DNA of 41,214 bases from Gammaproteobacteria bacterium (GTDB lineage Bacteria > Pseudomonadota > Gammaproteobacteria > Pseudomonadales > JANQJO01): the NCBI GenBank assembly GCA_037380725.1, contig JARRRL010000001.1, positions 1-41,214 of the forward strand. The letters are read 5' to 3'. Below the pieces are notes generated by a model. The model did not search any database. It was not told the origin of the DNA and saw nothing but the letters and a program-made list of their open reading frames with translations. Position numbers and translations under genes: made by a program. Below, in pieces: positions 31,319-40,130 of the stretch (within the stretch, counting starts at the first letter, position 1; every line of letters begins with the position of its first letter).

Positions 31319-32644
31319 TCAATCTCCTCGACAATACGCTGCCGTCTCCGCCATCATGCTTTTCATGCTGTAATTTTGCTGAAAACTGTTCGCCAGTTGC
31401 TCAACCTCAGCCATATCGGCAGCCGTTTCGGGTGGCCGATAACACACTTTTTCAAAGACTTTCTGGATTTGGCACGTCGCAAATCCACGCGAAGCAGCAA
31501 CTTCTTGTCCAAGCGATTTCGGTCCCGATCCTGCACCTGGAAGTGACGTATCCCAACCGAGAACGGAAAAACGACCTTCTCGCCAGTAATTCATCCAACC
31601 GTCATCAGTGGTGATATAACCCAAGGGGAAAGAGTCTTCATTAATGAGGTATTTTTCTTGAACTTGATTGGGCGTGTACACGAGCCGCCCCGCCTCCTCA
31701 TCAAAACTGAAATACGCAAACGCGCCGGTCACTGCATCCATGCCAGAATGACAACCAACGCAATGCTGACGAAATGCGGTGCTGTCTCCACCTGGGCTGC
31801 GTGATACGTCTTGACGAACACGATCAGATGGTCGCGAAAAATCTTTTAAATCCTCCATATCGCGACACAGATAATGTATGGCTGTTTTACGCCACATCAG
31901 TCGATTCGTACCTCCACTGAAAAAGGCTGCTGCAGCCTGTCGCGTCGTGAGCACACCCGCCGTCGCCGACGCGGGGACCACCGAACCCGGCAAACCCGAT
32001 TGCGTGGTTTGAATCAATTGCGTTGGATCACACAAATCCACACCATCGTTTTCCAACTGAGCGTAGTGATCATTATCCGTATGTGAATACTGGGCCACAT
32101 CACCCACATAAATGATATCGCCCGTCAATACCTGATTAAAAGGCACATCATCGCGGATGATACCAATCACCGTAGCCACATAATCGTTCAAGGGAAACGT
32201 TGGATCGAATTCTTCATTCGTCCAAGGTGTAATCCAATTTTTCAACATTACGTTGCAAAAATCGGGATTGCTCATTGCCTCAAAAGCAGCACCCACCGCG
32301 TCGTTGGCGTTGATTTTGGTGATCATACTGTCCAACACCGTCGGACTGGGACTCACGCCCGTTAAGCGCTGGTGAATCCGACGCGCCTGATCCATGACAT
32401 CTGCCTGCGTCTCACTGACCATGCCCAGCAGTAAGCCCGAAGACAGCGTTGCCATGACTACTGCGCCCACCACAGCGTGCATCACCGATTTTGAACCTTT
32501 CGTTATCAATGCCTCCTTACTCTTAACCTTAGGAATTACGTTCTTGGAAACGCCAGTGCTGTTGACCTGTTGCGACGCCATCGCATCAGCGAGAAACTGG
32601 TCCGAATCAGCACCTGCTTTGCTGAAGGAACTCAAAAATTTCAT
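31319..32644 (-). CDS. exported monoheme c-type cytochrome-like protein (DUF1588/DUF1585-like)
   Basis: Signal-like VVGAVVMATLSSGLLLGMVSETQA|D, ARRIHQRLTGVSP, AGVLTT, HCVGCHSGMD (CxxCH), GPKSLG...FATC...VCYRP. Start uncertain. Confidence 0.8.
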   Translation of the reverse strand: MKFLSSFSKAGADSDQFLADAMASQQVNSTGVSKNVIPKVKSKEALITKGSKSVMHAVVGAVVMATLSSGLLLGMVSETQADVMDQARRIHQRLTGVSPSPTVLDSMITKINANDAVGAAFEAMSNPDFCNVMLKNWITPWTNEEFDPTFPLNDYVATVIGIIRDDVPFNQVLTGDIIYVGDVAQYSHTDNDHYAQLENDGVDLCDPTQLIQTTQSGLPGSVVPASATAGVLTTRQAAAAFFSGGTNRLMWRKTAIHYLCRDMEDLKDFSRPSDRVRQDVSRSPGGDSTAFRQHCVGCHSGMDAVTGAFAYFSFDEEAGRLVYTPNQVQEKYLINEDSFPLGYITTDDGWMNYWREGRFSVLGWDTSLPGAGSGPKSLGQEVAASRGFATCQIQKVFEKVCYRPPETAADMAEVEQLANSFQQNYSMKSMMAETAAYCRGD

Positions 32645-32762
32645 ATACTCCATAACCCAAACTCCGAATAAACCCACCAGCTCTGAAGGACATCATTCGC
32701 GCCTTGACAGATTCGAACGACCCTAACCTTCATTCATTTCTATTTATTATTGCCAAAAGCGA

Positions 32763-32812
32763 TTAACCAAAACCTATTAACTTAACCAAAATCTATTAAC
32801 TTAACCAAAACC
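32763..32812. repeat. 19-bp tandem repeat x2.6 upstream of the cytochrome module
   Basis: TTAACCAAAACCTATTAAC / TTAACCAAAATCTATTAAC / TTAACCAAAACC. Confidence 0.85.
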
Positions 32813-33177
32813 CTTTACACTTACTAAGCTAACCAACCCAATGGAAACTCCACCGCACTGCGCACCTCATGAGATACCCATTGCTCGTGCGGTATGCGGA
32901 ACTTCCAGACACGAAACTTCTGCACAAACCGCCTGTCCCTATATCTCTGTCCTCTATTGTGAAATTCGTCCGTCTTACCAGCAACTCGTATCTTGTTGGT
33001 AAGATGTATTAGACGCGAAGCACTGTGTAACCTAAAAGTACAATATTATTTTTTAATCCATTAGGTGAATAAAAAGTTACAAATCAAAACAAACTATGGT
33101 TCACTCAATCAAGGCCCACCCAGCGCGCCTCAGCGAACACCTCGCCATACACTGATTAAATTAAAAAGCGTATTGTT

Positions 33178-33205
33178 TTTATTTGTAACGAAAGTTACAA
33201 ATAAA
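33178..33205. promoter_or_regulatory. perfect palindrome, candidate transcription-factor operator
   Basis: TTTATTTGTAAC-GAAA-GTTACAAATAAA has 12-bp arms. Related half-sites at 33026-33031, 33076-33084 and 33221-33226. Confidence 0.6.
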
Positions 33206-33332
33206 TAATTTACTTTTCGGTGTAACAGAAATGGCGTGAACTGGACTAACCGAGCGGAGAATGCAGAAACGGAGAACGTGGACACACATTAGCGCGCCGC
33301 CCTCTACAACCTACAACCTACAAGCTTACCGC

Positions 33333-34697
33333 TTATCGTCTTTGACGGGCATCAAACGCTAATGGATACACACCAACACGCTGAAGGATCGGTTCACCGT
33401 TCGCTCCCAACTGTCGAAAAGCCCACGCTCCGTTTACCAGAGTACCCACCACTTTCGAGCGAAAAACCCGCCCAATAAACGGCGTCCAGCCGCACTGATA
33501 CAAGGCCGTTTCATCCGTGGCGCTTGTCACCGAAGCGGCGTCAGCACGCACAATGGCAATGTCTGCAAAATAGCCTTCGCGCAGGTAACCCCGCTCCAGA
33601 ATTTGAAAACGTGCTGCAACATTGTGACTCATCTTGCGCACCAACTCAGGCAAACTCAAGGTTTCATCGTGCACCAATTCCAGCGCTGCCAGCAAGGCAT
33701 GCTGCACCAAAGGCAATCCCGAAGGCGCATCCCAATAAGACCGCTCTTTTTCCTCCAGCGTGTGAGGCGCATGATCCGTGGCAATAATATCCAAACGCCC
33801 TGTACGAAGCCCTTCCAGCAAGGCGAGACGATCACGCTCCGTTTTAATAGACGGATTGCATTTAATGCGATGCCCCAAGCGATCGTAATCGGTTTCAGAA
33901 AAAAACGTGTGATGCACGCACGCTTCAGCCGTAATCCGTTTGCCCTGAATCGGACCCGGTTCAAATAAAAGCACCTCTTCAGCGGTACTGATGTGCAACA
34001 CGTGCAGCGGTGTGTCATGCTGTGTCGCCAAATCTAAAGCCAGGCGCGTGGACGTCAAACACGCTTCACGAGAACGAATATCCGCGTGCGCTCGGGCGGG
34101 CACGGCCTCGCCATAACGCGCCTTAAACTCAGCTTCCCGAGCCATAATGGTTGGCGTATCCTCACAATGTGTCGCCACCGGAACTGGCGTGTGAGCAAAA
34201 ATATCATGCAAGACTTTCGGATCATCCACCAGTAAATTTCCCGTCGACGATCCCATGAATACTTTAACCGCGCAAACCCGATGTGGATCAGCCGATTTGA
34301 TGTGTTCCAAATTGTCGTGGGTTGCCCCCAAATAAAAACTGTAATTCGCATAGCTGCCTGCTGCTGCACGCGCGTGTTTGGCTGCCAATTCCTCTGCATT
34401 GGCGGTTACCGGTGTCACATTCGGCATATCCATGAAACTGGTGATGCCTCCCGCTACGGCGGCACGCGATTCCGATGCGATGGTCCCTTTGTGTGTTAAG
34501 CCGGGTTCACGAAAGTGCACCTGATCATCAATCATACCCGGCAACACCCAACAGCCTTCCGCTTCAATCACTTCATCAGCCTTGAGACCAGACAAATCCG
34601 AATCAATGCGAGCAATTCGTTCATTTTCAATGAGAATGTCCTGAACACGCTCCTGATCTTCGTTCACAACCAGACCATTTAATAGCAAGATTTTCAT
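33333..34697 (-). CDS. pyrC: dihydroorotase (long amidohydrolase type)
   Basis: LPGMIDDQVHFREPG, DMPN, KVFMGSSTG, HCED, HISTAEE, KCNPSIK, ATDHAPH. Confidence 0.9.
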   Translation of the reverse strand: MKILLLNGLVVNEDQERVQDILIENERIARIDSDLSGLKADEVIEAEGCWVLPGMIDDQVHFREPGLTHKGTIASESRAAVAGGITSFMDMPNVTPVTANAEELAAKHARAAAGSYANYSFYLGATHDNLEHIKSADPHRVCAVKVFMGSSTGNLLVDDPKVLHDIFAHTPVPVATHCEDTPTIMAREAEFKARYGEAVPARAHADIRSREACLTSTRLALDLATQHDTPLHVLHISTAEEVLLFEPGPIQGKRITAEACVHHTFFSETDYDRLGHRIKCNPSIKTERDRLALLEGLRTGRLDIIATDHAPHTLEEKERSYWDAPSGLPLVQHALLAALELVHDETLSLPELVRKMSHNVAARFQILERGYLREGYFADIAIVRADAASVTSATDETALYQCGWTPFIGRVFRSKVVGTLVNGAWAFRQLGANGEPILQRVGVYPLAFDARQRR

Positions 34698-34841
34698 TAA
34701 CCTTCTTCTCCCCTCTCCTCGCTGGCACGACGTTTATTCCGATGAGATAACACACACGATCGACACAATTTTTGAACGGTGGTACGCTGACATGGATCGA
34801 CGCGATTCGTCATCCGTATTCATCTACCTGAAAGAGACCTC

Positions 34842-35855
34842 ATGGCCACTATCTTTGTGGAAAGACTCGTCAATTTGGATTTCACTTATTTTGATGTGAA
34901 GCGCGGCCTGGTGGGCGAGACGCTGCTCGTAGACTGTACACTCAGCGGTGCGAAAAACCCAGAAGGGATGGTATTGGATTTTGGTCATTTCAAACGCTTG
35001 GTATCCCAAACGCTTGAACAAAGCATCGACCACAAATTAGTCATCCCTCAGCAAGCTACTGACGCGCACGGGCATTGCGTTCACACCACGCCCTGCCCAC
35101 TCTACGCCGGTAACACCTGCTTACGCTTAGGAAATACCGCTGACGCCATACAATTGAGTCTTCCCGATACGGGTTTTTGCCTGGTAAATACCACCACCAT
35201 CACACCCGCCCACCTGGAGGCCCATTTGATGCGTGTCATCACCACATCGGACTGGTGGCGTCCAAATTGGCAAGCACAGATACGCCTTTTTCCAGAACCA
35301 ATGAAGCCTAATACGCCTTACTTCCAGTACACCCACGGCCTCCCCAAACACACCGGGGCTTGTCAACGTATCGCGCACGGTCACCGTTCTCGCCTCAGCG
35401 TCACCGTTGATGGACGCGAACACGCAGCACTGACCGCATTCTGGTGTAAACGCTGGCAGGACATTTACCTCGGTAGCCACTTAGACCGGACATCCAAAAC
35501 CAGCGCTTCAGCTTACCAGTTCGCATACCAAAGCCCCGAAGGACATTACAGTCTACGCATCCCAATCCAACGCACCGACTTGCTTCAGCATGAAACCACT
35601 ATTGAAAATATCGCGCAACACATCGCCGATCAATCGGTAACGTTACTCGCTCAACAACGCTTTCCACTTCATCCCGATGCGATACCCCTTTCTCACATGA
35701 AAACACCTCACACAGCAACACCCATCGTCGTTGAAGCTCGGGTCTACGAGGGTATCCAAAAAGGTGCCATCGCTACCGCCATACTGACGGCGTACACGGG
35801 AACCGATCAATCGAAAACAGACGACTCCGAAAATTCCGCCCACACTGGACAATGA
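34842..35855 (+). CDS. two-domain 6-pyruvoyl-tetrahydropterin synthase / QueD-like protein
   Basis: GMVLDFGHFK...IDHK in the N-half; YTHGLPKHTGACQRIAHGHRS, TTIENIA and YEGIQKGA in the C-half. Confidence 0.8.
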   Translation: MATIFVERLVNLDFTYFDVKRGLVGETLLVDCTLSGAKNPEGMVLDFGHFKRLVSQTLEQSIDHKLVIPQQATDAHGHCVHTTPCPLYAGNTCLRLGNTADAIQLSLPDTGFCLVNTTTITPAHLEAHLMRVITTSDWWRPNWQAQIRLFPEPMKPNTPYFQYTHGLPKHTGACQRIAHGHRSRLSVTVDGREHAALTAFWCKRWQDIYLGSHLDRTSKTSASAYQFAYQSPEGHYSLRIPIQRTDLLQHETTIENIAQHIADQSVTLLAQQRFPLHPDAIPLSHMKTPHTATPIVVEARVYEGIQKGAIATAILTAYTGTDQSKTDDSENSAHTGQ

Positions 35856-36634
35856 TCAGATGGTTTATCCATCGCCCGAATGGCGTGATCAATACCTGCT
35901 TGTTGGCAACGCGCCAGCAAGGGTTGATTCACCATAATCAAATCAATACGCAAGCCCCGCTTTGGGTTCTGCTCAAACCCACGGGAACGGTAATCAAACC
36001 AACTGAATAGCTCAGCCTCAGGCTGGCAATACCGAAACGTATCGACCAAGCCCAGCCGTTCAATACCTTGAAACCAGGTTCGTTCTTCCGGCAAAAAACT
36101 GCACTTACCGGTTCGTAACCAGCGTCGAGCGTTTTCCAGCCCCAAGCCCACATCTCGTTCTGTCGGCGCTACATTGACGTCTCCCAGGAGCACAAAATCA
36201 TGATCATCGCCTAAATTCTGCTTTAAATAAGCCGTCAAATCCGCATAATATGCCTGCTTAGCCGGGTACTTCACCGGATGGTCCTCGGATTCACCTTGAG
36301 GAAAATATCCATTAAACACACACAGCAACTTCCCGTTGGATTGCGTCACCGCACAACCGATAAAACGCCGCTGCGCATCCGGCGCATCGCCGGGAAAACC
36401 TTTCACAACCCATTCGGGCGGTAAGCGCGTCATGAGCGCAACACCGTAATGCCCCTTTTGACCATGAAAAGCAACGTGATAACCAAGCGACTCGAGCGCC
36501 GCAAGTGGAAAAGCCTCATCGGCCACTTTGGTTTCCTGCAAGCCAATCACATCCGGTTGATGGCTTTCAATCACGGCTGCAACTTGATGCAGGCGCGCAC
36601 GGACGCCATTAATGTTAAATGAAACGATTTTCAT
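35807..36634 (-). CDS. xthA: exodeoxyribonuclease III
   Basis: MKIVSFNING, GLQETK, NGYFPQG, GDVNVAP, FSWFDYR, GLRIDLI, SDHCPV. Start moved to ATG 36634. Confidence 0.96.
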   Translation of the reverse strand: MKIVSFNINGVRARLHQVAAVIESHQPDVIGLQETKVADEAFPLAALESLGYHVAFHGQKGHYGVALMTRLPPEWVVKGFPGDAPDAQRRFIGCAVTQSNGKLLCVFNGYFPQGESEDHPVKYPAKQAYYADLTAYLKQNLGDDHDFVLLGDVNVAPTERDVGLGLENARRWLRTGKCSFLPEERTWFQGIERLGLVDTFRYCQPEAELFSWFDYRSRGFEQNPKRGLRIDLIMVNQPLLARCQQAGIDHAIRAMDKPSDHCPVWAEFSESSVFD

Positions 36635-36859
36635 CCACTTCCGCCCACTGTTGACTTTTAATACTTTACTTGCCCACTGCCTAACCGTTACCCTAACCAT
36701 CTCATTTGCGTCGGCTTTCGAATTCACTGCTGAATACATGGCGCAAAGCACCACAACGGTGACCCACACACAGTGTCTGGCATCTTACCGAAGATACTCG
36801 AAGATGGCCACGACACTGAGTCAGTTCAAACCACGCCAACACCTTGAGCGAGAAAACTG

Positions 36860-37318
36860 GTGAACACACACGCTTCGCATTCGACGCCTCCCGCCAATGG
36901 CGTCAAACCCAGTGATCAAAAACGCTGGTACCAAGCCCACGAAATGGGCAACATCGGCGATACGCTGATGCGCTCTGACGCCCTACGCGCGTTAAGCTTC
37001 GACGCACACGGCCTCATACCTGTCATTACTCAATGCGCCACCACACAAGCCGTTCTTATGCTGGCCTGGATGAATGAAGCCGCACTCGATGAAACCCTAC
37101 ACACTGGCTACATGTGTTACTGGTCCCGCTCTCGTCAACAATTGTGGCGAAAAGGTGAAACATCAGGCCATCGCCAAAAATTACACCGTTTGCAGATTGA
37201 TTGCGACGGCGATACGCTGCTGGCCATTGTTGAGCAAAGCGGCGCGGCTTGCCACACCAATCGGCCCAATTGTTTCTATTGGACCATCACGGACGACACC
37301 GTCACCCGCACAGCATGA
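36860..37318 (+). CDS. hisI: phosphoribosyl-AMP cyclohydrolase
   Basis: GLIPVITQ, VLMLAWMN, YWSRSRQQLWRKGETSG, DCDGD, ACHTNRPNCFY. The true start may be further downstream. Confidence 0.93.
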   Translation: MNTHASHSTPPANGVKPSDQKRWYQAHEMGNIGDTLMRSDALRALSFDAHGLIPVITQCATTQAVLMLAWMNEAALDETLHTGYMCYWSRSRQQLWRKGETSGHRQKLHRLQIDCDGDTLLAIVEQSGAACHTNRPNCFYWTITDDTVTRTA

Positions 37319-37388
37319 ATACTCATTTATTTTTTTGATTTTTTTGAATAAACAAATTTGAATAAACAAAAAAGAAGCGCCACAAATC

Positions 37389-38816
37389 ATGACTCATCAT
37401 CCTTTGCTCACGTTACACAATACACTGACTGGTCGCCGCGAACCCTTTCACCCCACAGACCCCAAGCGAGTCACACTGTACGTATGTGGACCAACCGTGT
37501 ACAACTACATCCACATTGGCAATGCGCGTCCAGCCGTCGTATTTGATGTGCTGTACCGCTTGCTCAACATGCTGTACCCCGCCGTCTGCTACGCCCGTAA
37601 CATTACCGATGTGGACGATAAAATCATACAAGCCGCACACGCCTCGAACAGTGACATTGACACCATCACCACACGGTTTACTCAAGCTTATCATGAGGAG
37701 ATCCATCAACTTGGCGTCCTGATGCCCGACTTTGAACCCCGCGCCACCGCTCACATCGCCGACATGATTCAGCTCATTGAGCAATTATTAAGTACAGGCA
37801 GCGCGTATAGCGCTCATCAGCACATCCTGTTCGACATCGGTGCCCGAAAAGACTACGGCAAACTCTCCGGTCGAAATCCGGAACAATTGCAAGCCGGCGC
37901 ACGCATTGAAGTGGCGGACTATAAGCGTAACCCAGCGGATTTTGTGCTCTGGAAACCAGCACCTGCCAATGAGCCGGGTTGGCCAAGCCCCTGGGGACGT
38001 GGACGCCCTGGCTGGCACACCGAATGCGTCGCCATGATCCACGCTTTACTGGGTCCTCGCATCGATATTCATGGTGGCGGTCAAGATTTGATGTTCCCCC
38101 ATCACGAGAACGAAATCGCTCAAAGCGAGTGCGCCTGCAACGAACATCCTTTCGCGCGCTATTGGCTACACAACGGCTTCATCACCATCAACGATGAAAA
38201 AATGGCAAAATCAGCGGGTAATTTTATTACCGTACGCGAATTGTTAGCGCAGCATACCGGTGAAGTCTTGCGCTATGCCTTGCTCTCGGCCCATTATCGG
38301 TCACCACTGAATTGGAATACCGATCTCATCCAACAGTCGAAAAACAATCTGGATCGACTGTATCAAGCATTGCGCTGCCTGGATACCGAGCCCCCTCAGA
38401 ACGAATCCGCCCATATCAAGGCTTCGCCCGAAGCAGCTGCCTTGGACCCCGCTGTATTGGCTGCCTTAAAAGATGACTTGAACACGCCGCTCGCCTTAAC
38501 ACGACTTCACGAAATGGTTCATACCGTCAATACTTGCAGCGGTGAAACGCAGCGCGAAGCAGCACGTACTTTACGACACAGCGCACGCTCATTGGGTCTG
38601 CTTAACCAACGCGCCGAAACCTATTTCACCGCCACCACATCGAAGGGCTCAGACTCCGAATGGACGAGCACGGCCATTCAAGCCAAAATTGACGAACGGC
38701 AAGCCGCCCGAAAAGCGAAAGATTTTGCCCGCGCTGACGCCATTCGAAAAGCATTATTAGCATCCGGCATCGAATTGGAAGACAGCCCGGACGGCACGCG
38801 CTGGAAACGTTTATAA
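37389..38816 (+). CDS. cysS: cysteine--tRNA ligase
   Basis: YVCGPTVY, HIGNAR, NITDVDDK, GRPGWHTEC, DIHGGGQDLMFPHHENE, KMAKS, LKDDLNTP. Confidence 0.97.
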   Translation: MTHHPLLTLHNTLTGRREPFHPTDPKRVTLYVCGPTVYNYIHIGNARPAVVFDVLYRLLNMLYPAVCYARNITDVDDKIIQAAHASNSDIDTITTRFTQAYHEEIHQLGVLMPDFEPRATAHIADMIQLIEQLLSTGSAYSAHQHILFDIGARKDYGKLSGRNPEQLQAGARIEVADYKRNPADFVLWKPAPANEPGWPSPWGRGRPGWHTECVAMIHALLGPRIDIHGGGQDLMFPHHENEIAQSECACNEHPFARYWLHNGFITINDEKMAKSAGNFITVRELLAQHTGEVLRYALLSAHYRSPLNWNTDLIQQSKNNLDRLYQALRCLDTEPPQNESAHIKASPEAAALDPAVLAALKDDLNTPLALTRLHEMVHTVNTCSGETQREAARTLRHSARSLGLLNQRAETYFTATTSKGSDSEWTSTAIQAKIDERQAARKAKDFARADAIRKALLASGIELEDSPDGTRWKRL

Positions 38817-38864
38817 GTAAGCCGTCAGCCATACTCTTAACACAAACCGAGTTTCAACGCTTGC

Positions 38865-40061
38865 ATGATGATGATGAACACTCACATTACCGCTGCCAAT
38901 AGTTCACACACCACCTTCCCGGAAAAACCACCTCGCGTGTTGCAACTCTGCACCAGCAACAACTTTGGCGGCTTGGAAATTCATTTCTTGAAATTCAGTC
39001 GCTGGTTACAACAGCGCCAAAAACAAAAAACAGATCAATCCGCACTCACGGAGAACAGCCCTAATCAAATGGTGTGGGTTGCAACGCAAGCGGAGTCCCG
39101 ACTCGCCAAAGCGATACAGCCCGCCTTAATCTTGAAGGGACCTTTTTGGCAACGATTGTGGCAATTGTTACGGTTTATTCGGCAGAACCAGATCAATGTC
39201 ATCCACTGTCATCATAAACGCGATTTATTGCTGGCCGTCCTGACGAAGATATTTTCGCATCAGCCCATCACATTGATCCACACACGTCACATGCAAATCA
39301 GTAGTTCAAAGCGCGATCCATATCACGCCTTTTTGTACGGTCGCCTCGACCTGTTCATCGCCATTACGGAACACATGCAAGCACAAGCCAAACGCTTTCT
39401 GCCCCTAGACGCCCAGCGCATCCAGCAGCTGTATCTTGGCGCGCCGGCAACGCATCCCATGAGTCGTGATCAACGAATACGCCTGCGGCAAACGCTCAAC
39501 TTGACTGAGGACACGTTTTTGGTGGCGACGATCAGCCGAGTGGAACAGCAAAAAGGGCAACATATTCTGGTCGACGCCATTGAGCAACTGCACAATAAAA
39601 ATCAGCCGATTCATGGGCTGATTGTGGGTGAAATCATAGACGACGCCTACGCCAAATCATTGCAGCAGCACATCACCCAAGCCGCCCTACCCATCTCCTG
39701 GTTGGGTTTTCGTGACGATGTGACCGAATTAATTGCCGCCGCCGATGCCGTGTGCATCACCACTCGAGACGAAACCTTCGGACTCATCGCCATCGAAGCC
39801 ATGATGTCGAAATGCTTGACCATAGGGGCCGATTCGGGTGGCATAACAGAAATCATCACGCACGAAAAAACCGGTTTACTCTACAAAACATTTGATGCGG
39901 AACGATTAGCGGAGACCATTGCTTACGCCATGCAAAATCCAGAACAGCGCCAAGCCATCGCACAAGCCGGTCTCCGTGAAGCCACTCAACGTTTCAACGA
40001 ATCCACCCAGTTCGAAAAACTGCTGAAGCTGATTCGTGATACTTGTTTACACCAAGCCTGA
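38865..40061 (+). CDS. GT4-family (RfaB-like) glycosyltransferase
   Basis: FGGLE N-terminal motif, SRVEQQKG, WLGFRDDV, ETFGLIAIEAM (EX7E), GGITEII. The start is one of several consecutive ATGs. Confidence 0.9.
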   Translation: MMMMNTHITAANSSHTTFPEKPPRVLQLCTSNNFGGLEIHFLKFSRWLQQRQKQKTDQSALTENSPNQMVWVATQAESRLAKAIQPALILKGPFWQRLWQLLRFIRQNQINVIHCHHKRDLLLAVLTKIFSHQPITLIHTRHMQISSSKRDPYHAFLYGRLDLFIAITEHMQAQAKRFLPLDAQRIQQLYLGAPATHPMSRDQRIRLRQTLNLTEDTFLVATISRVEQQKGQHILVDAIEQLHNKNQPIHGLIVGEIIDDAYAKSLQQHITQAALPISWLGFRDDVTELIAAADAVCITTRDETFGLIAIEAMMSKCLTIGADSGGITEIITHEKTGLLYKTFDAERLAETIAYAMQNPEQRQAIAQAGLREATQRFNESTQFEKLLKLIRDTCLHQA

Positions 40062-40130
40062 GCGCTGGCCAGTCTGTGAAGGTATCACCAACGGAAGACA
40101 TCACCAACGCTTTTTCTTAATTTGGATTTT

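Noticed and set aside
31090-31614. 174-aa + strand ORF across the gene A/B junction
   Set aside because: It is antisense to two well-supported genes and has no domain features.
27237-32644. Cytochrome module as a mobile island or a type II secretion locus
   Set aside because: No integrase, transposase, tRNA or flanking direct repeats, no obvious compositional break by eye, and no secretin, ATPase or pseudopilin genes.
34510-34535. DQVH instead of HxH in dihydroorotase as a sign of inactivation
   Set aside because: DDQVHFREPG is a common variant in this long dihydroorotase subfamily, and the other catalytic motifs are intact.
38199-38213. KMAKS instead of KMSKS in CysRS
   Set aside because: A common tolerated variant; the Zn ligands and HIGN motif are intact.
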